This document shows positions 10,314-20,228 of a stretch of 64,000 nucleotides of DNA, piece after piece; within the stretch, counting starts at the first letter, position 1; every line of letters begins with the position of its first letter. Source of the stretch: an uncultured Muribaculaceae bacterium (lineage in GTDB: Bacteria; Bacteroidota; Bacteroidia; Bacteroidales; Muribaculaceae); assembly GCA_958439725.1 (NCBI GenBank), contig CAUBWJ010000001.1:107944-171943 (forward strand), written 5' to 3'. Both the position numbers and the translations under genes were made by a program. Under the pieces are notes generated by a model. The model saw nothing but the letters and a program-made list of their open reading frames with translations, had not been told where the DNA came from and did no database searches.

Positions 10314-11648
10314 ATGAATACCATAAAAATAAAACTCTCGGCGCTAAATTTCCTCAACTTCGCCGTATGGGGTTCCTACCTCATCTCCCTGGGAATCTAT
10401 CTCTCGTCGATAGGCATGGCCCAGGATATCTACTGGTTCTATACCGTGCAGGGACTCGTATCCATAATAATGCCCGCGCTCATAGGCATAGTGGCCGACC
10501 GCTGGATACAGGCCCAGCGCATGCTCAGCCTCTGTCATCTAATAGCCGGTGTGGCCATGGGAGCCGCCGGACTTTACTGCGCCACCACCGCACAGCCGCT
10601 GTTCGGGCCGCTGTTTACACTCTATACCATAAGCGTGGCATTCTATATGCCCACCATCGGTCTGGCCAACTCGGTGGCCTACAACGCGCTTTCCAAGGCC
10701 GGGCTCGACACGGTTAAACATTTCCCGCCCATACGCGTGTGGGGAACCGTGGGCTTCATTGTGGCCATGCTGCTTGTCAATTTCGTAAGAATAGACGGCG
10801 TGCAGCTGGCCGACACTTACAGCCAGTTCTTCGCCTCGGCAATATTCAGTCTTATTCTCGCGTCCTACGCTCTCACAATGCCCTCCTGCCCCACTTCGCG
10901 CGGCAACAGCGCATCGCTCGCCGATGCTTTGGGCCTGAAGGCATTCAGCCTCTTCCGCACACGCAGGATGGCGGTGTTTTTCATCTTCTCCATGTTCCTG
11001 GGTGTATCGCTCCAGATCACCAATTCTTACGGCAGCTCGTTCATATCCGGCTTCGCCTCGGTAGCAGAGTATGCCGAGGCATGGGGTGCGCGCAACGCCA
11101 CGGCTCTGATTTCGCTCTCGCAGGTTTCCGAAACCCTGTGCATACTGCTGATACCCTACTGTCTGAAACGTTTCGGCATAAAAGGCGTGATGCTCATAGC
11201 CATGTTCGCATGGGTGCTCCGCTTCGGCTTCTTCGGCATCGGCAACCCCGGCTCCGGAGTGTGGCTGTTCATCCTCTCGATGATTGTCTACGGCGTGGCA
11301 TTTGACTTCTTCAATATCTCAGGCTCGCTCTACGTCGACAAGCAGACCTCGTCCGAGATGCGCTCGAGCGCACAGGGACTGTTCATGCTCATGACCAACG
11401 GCATCGGCGCCACCATAGGCACCCTTGGAGCGGGCGCTGTTGCCAACCACCTCGTGTTCTCCCGCCCCGCCGGCATCGAGCAGGTGGAGGGATGGCACAC
11501 GGCATGGCTCATATTCGCCGCCTACGCCCTGATAGTGGCAGTGATGTTCTGGATAGTGTTCCGCGACGACACCCCCTCGCCGAGACTCTCGGAAAAGCAG
11601 GCCGAAAGCGCTCCCGCCGCACCCGAAGGAATGATTTCACCCGAATAA
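10314..11648 (+). CDS. MFS nucleoside:H+ symporter (NupG/XapB-like)
   Basis: Multiple TM helices; 'FPPIRVWGTVGFI', 'SQVSE', 'FDFFNISGSLYV'. Confidence 0.85.
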   Translation: MNTIKIKLSALNFLNFAVWGSYLISLGIYLSSIGMAQDIYWFYTVQGLVSIIMPALIGIVADRWIQAQRMLSLCHLIAGVAMGAAGLYCATTAQPLFGPLFTLYTISVAFYMPTIGLANSVAYNALSKAGLDTVKHFPPIRVWGTVGFIVAMLLVNFVRIDGVQLADTYSQFFASAIFSLILASYALTMPSCPTSRGNSASLADALGLKAFSLFRTRRMAVFFIFSMFLGVSLQITNSYGSSFISGFASVAEYAEAWGARNATALISLSQVSETLCILLIPYCLKRFGIKGVMLIAMFAWVLRFGFFGIGNPGSGVWLFILSMIVYGVAFDFFNISGSLYVDKQTSSEMRSSAQGLFMLMTNGIGATIGTLGAGAVANHLVFSRPAGIEQVEGWHTAWLIFAAYALIVAVMFWIVFRDDTPSPRLSEKQAESAPAAPEGMISPE

Positions 11649-11656
11649 ACAAAAAA

Positions 11657-12370
11657 ATGATACGCTTCTACGCCCCCGATATAGAACAGACGCTTACGCT
11701 GCCGGAAAGCGATTCGGGCCACGCCGTGAGAGTGCTCCGCATGCGTCCCGGCGACGAGCTGGAAGTGACCGACGGCCGGGGAAACCTGTATGCCTGCCGT
11801 ATCACCGACGCCCATCAGCGCCATGTGGCCGTAGAGATACTCCGCTGCCAGAACAGTCCGCTGTGCTGGCCCCAGGAAATAACCGTGGCCGTAGCTCCCA
11901 CCAAGCATCTCGACCGCATGGAATGGATGATTGAGAAACTTACGGAGATTGGCGTGAACCGCATAGTGCCGGTGCTCTGCAACCGCTCCGAGCGCCGCGA
12001 GATAAAGACCGAGCGGCTTGAAAAAATAGCCGTATCGGCCATGAAGCAGTCGCTCAAATGCACGCTTCCGGTCATAGACGCCATGACACCCCTCCGGCAA
12101 TTTCTCGCCTCATGCTCCGCAGAGCAGAAATTTATAGCCCACTGCGACAGCACATCGGAAAGAAAACTCCTGGCCCGTGAATACCGCCCCCGGACTTCGG
12201 CGGCAGTGCTTATCGGCCCCGAGGGCGATTTCGACCCGGCGGAAGTGGATGGAGCTCTAAAAGGCGGCTGGATGCCGGTCACCTTAGGCGACAACCGGCT
12301 GCGCACCGAGACAGCGGCCATAGTGGCCTGCGACACATTCCACATAATCGACCAGATAAACCCCGAATAA
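11657..12370 (+). CDS. rsmE: 16S rRNA (uracil(1498)-N3)-methyltransferase
   Basis: 'HAVRVLRM', 'EKLTEIGV', 'IGPEGDF', 'LGDNRLRTETA'. Confidence 0.93.
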   Translation: MIRFYAPDIEQTLTLPESDSGHAVRVLRMRPGDELEVTDGRGNLYACRITDAHQRHVAVEILRCQNSPLCWPQEITVAVAPTKHLDRMEWMIEKLTEIGVNRIVPVLCNRSERREIKTERLEKIAVSAMKQSLKCTLPVIDAMTPLRQFLASCSAEQKFIAHCDSTSERKLLAREYRPRTSAAVLIGPEGDFDPAEVDGALKGGWMPVTLGDNRLRTETAAIVACDTFHIIDQINPE

Positions 12371-13209
12371 TGAAAACAGATATGCCCGACAACAAGATGT
12401 TCAGCCGGCTCACAGCCTCCGGCAACTTCTTCCTGCTCGCAGGCCCCTGCGTGATAGAAGGCGAGAAAATGGCTCTTGAGATAGCCGAGACCATAGTGGA
12501 AACAACTTCAAGACTCGGCATTCCCTACGTGTTCAAAGGTTCCTACCGCAAGGCCAACCGCTCACGCATCGACTCATTTACCGGAATAGGCGACGAGAAA
12601 GCCCTGCGCATATTAGCCAAGGTAAGGGAGGAATTCGGATGTCCCGTGGTGACCGACATACATCTGCCCGAAGAGGCTGCAATGGCAGCCGAATACGTGG
12701 ACATTCTTCAGATTCCCGCCTTCCTCTGCCGTCAGACCGACCTGCTTGTGGCGGCAGCCCGCACCGGCAAAGCCGTCAACATCAAGAAAGGACAGTTCCT
12801 TTCGCCGGAGGCCATGCAGTTTGCCGTGCAGAAAGTGCGCGACGCCGGGAATGAAGATGTGGCCGTTACCGAACGAGGCGTTTCTTTCGGTTACCAGGAT
12901 CTCATAGTGGATTACCGCGGAATTCCCGAGATGCAGAAATTCGGATGCCCGGTGATTCTTGACGCAACCCATTCACTGCAGCAGCCTAACCAGCCAAAAG
13001 GCGTTACAGGCGGCCGTCCCGACCTCATAGAGACCATAGCGCGCGCGGGAATAGCCGTTGGCGTGGACGGTCTTTTCATAGAGACGCATCAGAATCCGGC
13101 TGTGGCCAAGAGCGACGGCGCAAACATGCTTCCTCTGGCTCAGCTGCCCTCGCTTCTGGAGCACCTGACTGCCATACGCAGCGCTATCAACAGCTTCCGG
13201 GAAGCATAA
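12370..13209 (+). CDS. kdsA: 3-deoxy-8-phosphooctulonate synthase
   Basis: AGPCVIE, KANRS, QIPAFLCRQTDL, KKGQF, DATHS. Confidence 0.95.
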   Translation: MKTDMPDNKMFSRLTASGNFFLLAGPCVIEGEKMALEIAETIVETTSRLGIPYVFKGSYRKANRSRIDSFTGIGDEKALRILAKVREEFGCPVVTDIHLPEEAAMAAEYVDILQIPAFLCRQTDLLVAAARTGKAVNIKKGQFLSPEAMQFAVQKVRDAGNEDVAVTERGVSFGYQDLIVDYRGIPEMQKFGCPVILDATHSLQQPNQPKGVTGGRPDLIETIARAGIAVGVDGLFIETHQNPAVAKSDGANMLPLAQLPSLLEHLTAIRSAINSFREA

Positions 13210-13696
13210 GCTGATACACATACGCATCGGAATATCTGCCTCCGCATCTCACCCAGCTGCGGAGGCAGCCTGCTATTTTGTAACCTGCACGGTCAAAAAG
13301 TGCTCTTGAAGCAGTGTTTCCGGCGCTCACAACGGCGTACAGCTGATGGAGGCCAAGCTGACCGGAGCAATAATCCGCGAGGATTTCGAGCGCGCGCCGC
13401 CCTATGCCGCGGCCACGCATAGCCGTCTCCACCACTATCCCCACTCCGGCACGGCGATTGAGGGCGTCCACATCATATAGGTCGACCATGCCACATGTCT
13501 CGCCGTCGCAGTCTATCATAAGCCGCAACTGGCCCTGAGCGAAAGCGTCGGGCGTATAATTGTCTACGTACGCGGCAAGCAGATGGCGCGAAAGCGGGGC
13601 GCGCGTGTGTCCGTCGGGCCACACCGCCGGGTCGTTTTCCATTCTGAACATGGCATCAATATCAGAAGGTTCGGGGGCGCGGAGAGTGATTTCCAT
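13187..13696 (-). CDS. GNAT (RimJ/SpeG-like) N-acetyltransferase
   Basis: 'LRAPEPSD', 'RGRGIG', 'LHQLYA', 'NTASRALF'. Confidence 0.85.
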   Translation of the reverse strand: MEITLRAPEPSDIDAMFRMENDPAVWPDGHTRAPLSRHLLAAYVDNYTPDAFAQGQLRLMIDCDGETCGMVDLYDVDALNRRAGVGIVVETAMRGRGIGRRALEILADYCSGQLGLHQLYAVVSAGNTASRALFDRAGYKIAGCLRSWVRCGGRYSDAYVYQLMLPGSC

Positions 13697-13728
13697 AGAT
13701 TTTGTGATTTTTATAATATTTGTTGGTG

Positions 13729-14355
13729 TCAGGATTTGAAAGTGTCGCTGAAGAGTGTGCGCTGTTGTATGGAGCGTCCGAGAGTAATCTCGTCGGTGTA
13801 CTCAAGCTCGTTGCCCACCGCCATTCCGCGTGCAAGCTGAGTGATTTTCAGCCCGGGGAAATCCTCGAGCTTGCGGAAGATATAGAAGTTGGTGGTATCG
13901 CCCTCCATGGTGGCGCTTAGAGCCAGAATCACTTCCTTTACCCGGCCTGAGGCAACGCGGTCTACAAGCGATGCAATCTCGAGCGAATCGGGGCCGATGC
14001 CGTCCATGGGCGAAATGACGCCTCCGAGCACATGATACACGCCTCCGTACTGGCGCGTGCGCTCTATACTCATCACATCGTTGACAGCTTCCACCACACA
14101 CACCGTAGAGTGGTCGCGGCGCGGGTCGGAGCAGATGTCGCAAGTATCGGTCTCCGAGATATTATGGCACATCTCGCAGTATTTCACTCCGCGGCGCATA
14201 TTTATGATGGCCTCGCCCAGCGCCACTCCTTCGGCCTCGTCGCGGCGGAGAAGATGAAGGGCGAGCCTCAGAGCCGTCTTGCGCCCTATTCCGGGTAGTC
14301 GCGACAGTTCCGTAACGGCGTTCTCGAGCAGCGATGACGAAAATTCTTCCTGCAT
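13729..14355 (-). CDS. recR: Recombination mediator RecR
   Basis: LPGIGRKTA HhH, C4 zinc finger, YHVLGG, TOPRIM 'EGDTT'. Confidence 0.96.
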   Translation of the reverse strand: MQEEFSSSLLENAVTELSRLPGIGRKTALRLALHLLRRDEAEGVALGEAIINMRRGVKYCEMCHNISETDTCDICSDPRRDHSTVCVVEAVNDVMSIERTRQYGGVYHVLGGVISPMDGIGPDSLEIASLVDRVASGRVKEVILALSATMEGDTTNFYIFRKLEDFPGLKITQLARGMAVGNELEYTDEITLGRSIQQRTLFSDTFKS

Positions 14356-14380
14356 AATCCGAATATACGTTCTGAAAATA

Positions 14381-14420
14381 ATTACGGCGCCCCTCCCTGG
14401 AGGGGGAGAAACGCCGTATT
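14381..14420 (-). terminator. Hairpin / probable terminator downstream of the sigma factor gene
   Basis: TACGGCG...CGCCGTA stem with an inner CCCCTCC/GGAGGGG stem. Confidence 0.45.
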
Positions 14421-14453
14421 CCGAATTTCTTTTTTAGTGTAAAGACAGAGTGG

Positions 14454-15314
14454 TCACTGGCCGAGGTAAGGCTTGAGCAGACGGCTCTTCTGTCCTTTAA
14501 GGCGGCGGATGGCTTTTTCCTTGATCTGACGCACACGTTCACGCGTGAGGTCAAACTTGGCTCCGATTTCTTCCAGTGTCATTTCCTGACATCCTATACC
14601 GAAAAACATCTTGAGGATTTCGCGCTCACGCTCGTGGAGCTGATGAAGTGCGCGGTCAACCTCCTTCGAGAGGGATTCCTGGTTGAGCGAAGAGTCGGCC
14701 ATGGGCGAATCGTCGTTGGTAAGCACGTCGAGCAGACTGTTGTCCTCACCCTCCACAAACGGGGCATCGACCGAGATGTGACGGCCTGAAACCTTGAGAG
14801 TGTCGGCAATTTTGTCGACGGGCACATCCAGTTCCTCGGCGAGTTCCTCGGCCGAAGGACGGCGTTCGTGGTCCTGCTCGAACTTCGACAGCGCTTTGCT
14901 GATCTTGTTGAGCGAACCAACCTGGTTCAACGGCAATCGCACGATGCGCGACTGTTCGGCAAGAGCCTGAAGAATTGACTGTCTAATCCACCATACCGCA
15001 TAGGAGATAAACTTGAAGCCCCTCGTCTCGTCGAACTTCTGTGCTGCCTTTATCAGGCCCAGATTGCCTTCGTTGATGAGGTCGGGCAGACTCAGACCCT
15101 GGTTCTGATACTGCTTGGCCACTGACACAACAAAGCGAAGATTTGCACGTGTGAGTTTGTCGAGTGCTTTAGCGTCTCCCTGGCGAATGCGCTGTGCCAG
15201 CTCCACTTCCTCCTCCACGGAGATAAGAACCTCGCGGCCTATTTCCTGAAGATACTTGTCGAGCGACGCGCTTTCGCGGTTAGTGATTGATTTTGTGATT
15301 TTTAGTTGTCTCAT
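14454..15314 (-). CDS. rpoD: Primary RNA polymerase sigma factor (short Bacteroidetes RpoD type)
   Basis: [46 protein letters not shown]. Confidence 0.95.
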   Translation of the reverse strand: MRQLKITKSITNRESASLDKYLQEIGREVLISVEEEVELAQRIRQGDAKALDKLTRANLRFVVSVAKQYQNQGLSLPDLINEGNLGLIKAAQKFDETRGFKFISYAVWWIRQSILQALAEQSRIVRLPLNQVGSLNKISKALSKFEQDHERRPSAEELAEELDVPVDKIADTLKVSGRHISVDAPFVEGEDNSLLDVLTNDDSPMADSSLNQESLSKEVDRALHQLHEREREILKMFFGIGCQEMTLEEIGAKFDLTRERVRQIKEKAIRRLKGQKSRLLKPYLGQ

Positions 15315-15433
15315 CTTTCAAGATTGCGAGATTAAGCGTGCGAAATTACAAAATTTCATCTCAAAAAACAATTCCGAAGCCCCTTATTTCCCACGCTTTA
15401 AACTATTTTAGCAGTACATGAGAGAAAAACCAA

Positions 15434-15466
15434 TGAAGCCTGCAGGGAGAGAACCGCAGGCTTCAC
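15434..15466 (-). terminator. Hairpin terminator after the ABC permease
   Basis: TGAAGCCTGC...GCAGGCTTCA inverted repeat. Confidence 0.5.
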
Positions 15467-15490
15467 TATGTCTTTGTTTTTAAGAAACTG

Positions 15491-16807
15491 TTATTTCTGA
15501 CGGGCCCAGTGTATGAGTTCACTCCATGAAGGTTTCTTACCATACATGAAGATGCCCACACGGTAGATTTTAGCGGCAATCCACACCATTACCAGGAACG
15601 AAAGATAGAGAACTGCAAGCGACACGACAATCTCCCATGCCGGTACGCCCGAGGGAATGCGGCTCATCATCACCATCGGCGAGGTGAACGGCACGTAGGA
15701 CAGCGCAACCCCTATGCCCGACGACGGATCCTGCGCGGCCATCATGGAGAATATCATACCGAAGATAATCAGGAACATGGGAATGGACTGAAGCTGCGAG
15801 GCGTCCTGGATGTTGTCGACGGCCGAACCTATGGCGGCATATATCGCGGCATACAGCATGAATCCGCCAATGAGATAAAGCGCCATATAGCAAAACAGGC
15901 TGAGGATATAACCCACATTGGATAGACGGGCCACAATCTGTATCATCTCCGGATCTATGCCGGTGTCGGATGCGGCGACGGCTCCGGCAGCATTGTAGGT
16001 CTGCACCTGCTCAAGCAGTTCGGCAGGCATAAGGGCCGGGAGAACAAATGCCGTCATCAGGCCGATGAGAACGGCCCATATCACAATCTGGGTCACAGCC
16101 ACCAGACCTATGCCGCAAATCTTTCCGAGCATGAGCTGAACGGGCTTCACTGAGGAGACCACAAGCTCGAGCACGCGGTTGTTTTTCTCCTCGATGATGC
16201 TTGTCATCACCATCTGGCCATAGATAAGCATCACCATATAGAGTATGAGCATCAGCACAAGTCCCAGACCGTAGCTCAGGCCGGCTGAGGACTCCTTAGC
16301 CTCCTCGCTGGTCGATTCCGTGCGGTAGGCTTTCAGCGATACATCGCTGTGGATTTCCTCAAGTATCTTGTCGAGACCGGCTATATTGTATGAGGCTATG
16401 CGTTCATTCTCTATAATATCGTTTACCTGGGAGGTTATGCCCGATTCGAGGGAGAGCGAGGACGCCTTGCGCGAATAGAGCAAGAGACCGTCGGAACCGT
16501 TTGCCACTCCGGCCGGAATCACCAGCACGGCATCGGTATCCTCGTTCTTGACGAGTGAATCGAGCGGAGCCTCTGCCTTTACGAAGGCTATATCCTCGTT
16601 GCTCTTGAGTTTGTCGAATATGAATCCGCTCTTGTCTATCACCTCCACCTGACGGGAGTCGCCTTTGCTGAAAAGCATTATCAGCGACGGCGCCGCCATG
16701 AGGGCAAGCATGAGAAGCGGCATGAGAAGAGTGGTGAATATGAAGCTTTTCTTTCCCGCGCGCTCCATAAACTCGCGCTTTATGATAATTCCTACTCTGG
16801 AGTCCAT
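15491..16807 (-). CDS. ABC-2 type transporter permease (NatB/YhaP-like)
   Basis: 'IIKREF', 'IIEEKNNRVLE', 'GKICG', 'KIYRVGIFMYGKKPS'. Confidence 0.88.
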   Translation of the reverse strand: MDSRVGIIIKREFMERAGKKSFIFTTLLMPLLMLALMAAPSLIMLFSKGDSRQVEVIDKSGFIFDKLKSNEDIAFVKAEAPLDSLVKNEDTDAVLVIPAGVANGSDGLLLYSRKASSLSLESGITSQVNDIIENERIASYNIAGLDKILEEIHSDVSLKAYRTESTSEEAKESSAGLSYGLGLVLMLILYMVMLIYGQMVMTSIIEEKNNRVLELVVSSVKPVQLMLGKICGIGLVAVTQIVIWAVLIGLMTAFVLPALMPAELLEQVQTYNAAGAVAASDTGIDPEMIQIVARLSNVGYILSLFCYMALYLIGGFMLYAAIYAAIGSAVDNIQDASQLQSIPMFLIIFGMIFSMMAAQDPSSGIGVALSYVPFTSPMVMMSRIPSGVPAWEIVVSLAVLYLSFLVMVWIAAKIYRVGIFMYGKKPSWSELIHWARQK

Positions 16808-16812
16808 AATTT

Positions 16813-17742
16813 TTAAGCTTTGGGTGAATCCTTGACCATGGAGATGAACACATCGTTCATCGAGGCACGCGATTCATTGATTGAACATATATCCACGGTT
16901 TTGTTGGCGATGTCTATGAGAGAGCGCACACCGGCCTGGGGCTTGAGCGTCACGGCCATTTCCGTGACTTCGGGACTGCCAGATTCCAGAATCTCGAAAT
17001 CGTCGGTCACCGGCTCGATGGCTGACGCAAGGCTGCGGGAATCGCCGCGGAAACGGAGGCGGTAACGGCCGTCGGAGAACTTGCGGCGGATCTCCTCCAC
17101 GTTTCCGCTCAGAATGTTGCGGCCCTGGTTGATAAGCGAGATGTTGTCGCATATCTCTTCAACGGAAGCCATGTTGTGGGTGGAGAATATCACTGTAGAG
17201 CCTTCGTTTTTAAGGCGCAGAATCTCGTCGCGGAGCAGATTGGCGTTCACGGGGTCGAAGCCCGAGAACGGCTCGTCGAAAATCAGAAGCTTGGGGCGGT
17301 GAAGCACAGTAACGATAAACTGCACTTTCTGGGCCATGCCCTTGGAGAGCTCTTCGACCTTGCGGTTCCACCAGCTCGATATTTCGAAACGTTCGAACCA
17401 TTCCTTAAGGCTACGGGTGGCCTCGGCCTTTCCAAGGCCTTTCAGACGGGCGAAGAATACGGCCTGGTCGCCTACTTTCATTTTCTTGTAGAGGCCGCGT
17501 TCCTCGGGAAGATAACCGATGTTCACCACATCGTCCTGGCTCAGCGGATGACCGTCGAAGGTCACCAGACCGGAATCTGGCGCCGTGATATGGTTTATTA
17601 TTCTGATGAGTGTGGTCTTGCCGGCGCCGTTCGGGCCCAGAAGACCGTAGACCGTGCCCTCAGGCACAGAGAGCGAGACCGAATCGAGCGCCTTGTGGCC
17701 GGTATAGGTCTTGCTCACGTTATCTACCGTTAGTATATCCAT
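16813..17742 (-). CDS. ABC transporter ATP-binding protein
   Basis: Walker A GPNGAGKT, LSKGM, Walker B IFDEP; start at MDILTV. Confidence 0.92.
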   Translation of the reverse strand: MDILTVDNVSKTYTGHKALDSVSLSVPEGTVYGLLGPNGAGKTTLIRIINHITAPDSGLVTFDGHPLSQDDVVNIGYLPEERGLYKKMKVGDQAVFFARLKGLGKAEATRSLKEWFERFEISSWWNRKVEELSKGMAQKVQFIVTVLHRPKLLIFDEPFSGFDPVNANLLRDEILRLKNEGSTVIFSTHNMASVEEICDNISLINQGRNILSGNVEEIRRKFSDGRYRLRFRGDSRSLASAIEPVTDDFEILESGSPEVTEMAVTLKPQAGVRSLIDIANKTVDICSINESRASMNDVFISMVKDSPKA

Positions 17743-17826
17743 ACTTTTTTCTGTTACTGTTGGTTTATTTGGATTCCTTTTGACAAATATGACGCTTCTG
17801 CACGCCATAAATTGCACCGGAGTCAA

Positions 17827-19020
17827 TTATTTTTTTTGCCGCTTGCCGAAAAAGCGGTTCAGAATCACGGCCAGGGCGCCGTCGCCGGTCACATTGCATG
17901 CAGTTCCGAAACTGTCCATGGCTATATACAGCGCTATCATCAGCGCGTTCTGGGCCTCGGTAAAGCCGAGTATGGAGGAAAGCAGTCCGAGCGAGGCCAT
18001 TATCGCTCCACCGGGAATGCCCGGGGCAGCGATAATCGTGATTCCTATCATGGCGATGAAATGGGCGAACATCCCTGCCGAGTAAGGTTCGCCGTGCAAA
18101 ATCATCAGGGCGAGAGCGCACGCCACGATTTTCAGCGTGCTGCCCGACATGTGGATTGTGGCGCAGAGAGGCACCGTAAAACCGGCCACATCCTCGTCCA
18201 CGCCCATTTTCACCGTCTGCCGGAGCGTTACGGGAATTGTGGCGGCCGACGACTGCGTTCCCAGTGCGGTGAAATAAGCAGGCATCATGGTCCACAGCAT
18301 CCTGAAAGGGTTCTTGCGGTTGAAGCAAGCAGCAATGCCGTATTGCAGAAAGAGAATACCGATATGCAACACGAAAATCACTCCTATGATCTTGGCGAAC
18401 GCCGTGATGATGGCCGTTACCTGTCCGGCCACGGTCATGTTCACGAAAATACCGAAGATATAAAACGGAAGAAGCGGAATCACAATCCTATTGATGGCAA
18501 GCGCCACGATGTCGCGGAATTCCGAGAGCCCGCGGCGCAGCGCTGTGGAATGAACCACGGCACAACCCACGCCGAGCATGAACGCAAGCACCAGCGAGGT
18601 CATCACCCCCATAAGAGGCGGAATGGCAATATTGAAATACGTAGTGATTTCAACCTGCTGCTCCAGAGCGGCCTTCTCAACGCCTGCAGCTCCGGAAAGC
18701 ATCCCCGGAAACAGCCATGCGCCCGTGAAATAGCTTATGAATCCGGCCATTACCGTAGCCCCGTAGGCAAGTAGAGCCGTGGCCACAAGCATCTTCCCCG
18801 CGCGTCCGCCGAGATCGGCAATGGCCGGAGCCACGAATCCAAGAATGATGAGCGGAATCAGAAATCCCAGGAACTGGGAGAAAACGCCGTTAAAGGTAGC
18901 ACAAAGCTGCGCCCACCACATAGGGCTGACATATCCTATGCCGATACCTGCCGCGATTGCTATGGCTATGCGGCCAAGCAGACCTATTCTGAATTTCTTG
19001 TTTTTTGTTTTTTCGTCCAT
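17827..19020 (-). CDS. Dicarboxylate/amino acid:cation symporter (SstT-like)
   Basis: 'TQSSAATIP', 'PLCATIH', 'APGIPGG', 'DSFGTACNVTGD'. Confidence 0.9.
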   Translation of the reverse strand: MDEKTKNKKFRIGLLGRIAIAIAAGIGIGYVSPMWWAQLCATFNGVFSQFLGFLIPLIILGFVAPAIADLGGRAGKMLVATALLAYGATVMAGFISYFTGAWLFPGMLSGAAGVEKAALEQQVEITTYFNIAIPPLMGVMTSLVLAFMLGVGCAVVHSTALRRGLSEFRDIVALAINRIVIPLLPFYIFGIFVNMTVAGQVTAIITAFAKIIGVIFVLHIGILFLQYGIAACFNRKNPFRMLWTMMPAYFTALGTQSSAATIPVTLRQTVKMGVDEDVAGFTVPLCATIHMSGSTLKIVACALALMILHGEPYSAGMFAHFIAMIGITIIAAPGIPGGAIMASLGLLSSILGFTEAQNALMIALYIAMDSFGTACNVTGDGALAVILNRFFGKRQKK

Positions 19021-19049
19021 AAAAAGACTGCCTCTAAGAATTTTCTCAA

Positions 19050-19068
19050 CAAATTTAGCATATTTTTG
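19050..19068. promoter_or_regulatory. Back-to-back divergent -7 boxes
   Basis: TAAATTTG on the minus strand (19050-19057) and TATTTTTG on the plus strand (19061-19068). Confidence 0.5.
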
Positions 19069-19136
19069 TGCACGGATGCAACTTTTCGCTTCCCGCTTTC
19101 GTCAAAGCTATAAAACCAATAAACTGTTACACTAAA

Positions 19137-19973
19137 ATGAAAATCCAAAAACTGATGTTTGGCTCCGCGGCAATATTATTCGGCCTCTGCTCACAAAGCT
19201 GCGTTTCGGCCGCTTCAAACGCATTCGAGAAATTAGCGAATTTAACCATGGGCGAGGTCGAGAAGGCCGGCCCGATGAAGACCATAACCATCCAGGCCGA
19301 CAAAGTGACCTCTATCGACACCTCGAGTGGTATAAGGGTAGAATATACCCAGGGAAGCGGAACATCGGTGACGCTTACCGCACCCGACAACATAATAGAT
19401 GATGTGGAAGTGACCGTGAAGAATGGCGAACTGAACTGCGGCATGAAGACCAAACGCCGCGTCAACAAACCCATAACCGTTACCGTCACCTCACCCGGAG
19501 TCGACGAACTCGATGCAAGCTCCGGTTCTTCCATCAAAATTGTTTCCGGACTGGATATGCCGGGTGCGGAAATGGAGATTTCAGCATCAAGCGGAGCGAG
19601 AATAGACATTAATAATATAAGCGCCGAAAGCATAGAGGGAGAGGCTTCAAGCGGCTCCGCGCTCAGAATAGACGGTGCCAAAGCCACCACCATGGCTTAC
19701 TCCACCTCCAGCGGCTCAAGCATGAGAGTAGAGTCGATTACAGCCGGTTCCGTAACCGGAAAATCATCGAGCGGAAGCTCAATGGGGCTTTCAGGCACAT
19801 CCAAATATGTGGAGCTGCGCGCATCCTCGGGCTCTTCATTAAGCGGCCGCTCACTCGTTGCTGAAACCGGTCTGCTCAAATCATCCAGCGGCGCCAGCGT
19901 GTCGGGCAACGTGAAAGGCTCATGCGAAATCGAGAAATCCTCCGGCGGCTCCGTCAGCAACCGCGCCGACTGA
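19137..19973 (+). CDS. DUF2807 / head GIN domain protein
   Basis: Signal peptide and repeated 'ASSGS' beta-solenoid units. Confidence 0.85.
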   Translation: MKIQKLMFGSAAILFGLCSQSCVSAASNAFEKLANLTMGEVEKAGPMKTITIQADKVTSIDTSSGIRVEYTQGSGTSVTLTAPDNIIDDVEVTVKNGELNCGMKTKRRVNKPITVTVTSPGVDELDASSGSSIKIVSGLDMPGAEMEISASSGARIDINNISAESIEGEASSGSALRIDGAKATTMAYSTSSGSSMRVESITAGSVTGKSSSGSSMGLSGTSKYVELRASSGSSLSGRSLVAETGLLKSSSGASVSGNVKGSCEIEKSSGGSVSNRAD

Positions 19974-20012
19974 CAGCCCGGAAAATCCCGCAGTCTCCGG
20001 AAGGTTATGCCC

Positions 20013-20096
20013 CCAATTGTAGGGCTGTTCCATGGAGCAGCCGTTAAAAGCCATTGATTGACATCGGATGCACGAGCGTACATCCCTACAATTTGG
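20013..20096. repeat. GTAG-type REP-like doublet
   Basis: AATTGTAGGG...CCCTACAATT outer inverted repeat; each half has its own hairpin. Confidence 0.5.
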
Positions 20097-20166
20097 ATGA
20101 TACTTTGAAGGCTGCAATACCAGTTCCGAATCATTTGATATGATTGAGTATAAGCAACATAAATTC

Positions 20167-20218
20167 AGAGCGATGTGTCAGCAACAAGATATCTGACACA
20201 CCGCTCTCAATGTTTTTT
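20167..20218. terminator. Terminator between convergent genes
   Basis: AGAGCGATGTGTCAG/CTGACACACCGCTCT stem with a nearby T-run. Confidence 0.5.
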
Positions 20219-20228
20219 CAACTGGGTA

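Noticed and set aside
13187..13209. Convergent 3' overlap of kdsA and the GNAT gene
   Set aside because: Short tail-to-tail overlaps are common and nothing else is special here
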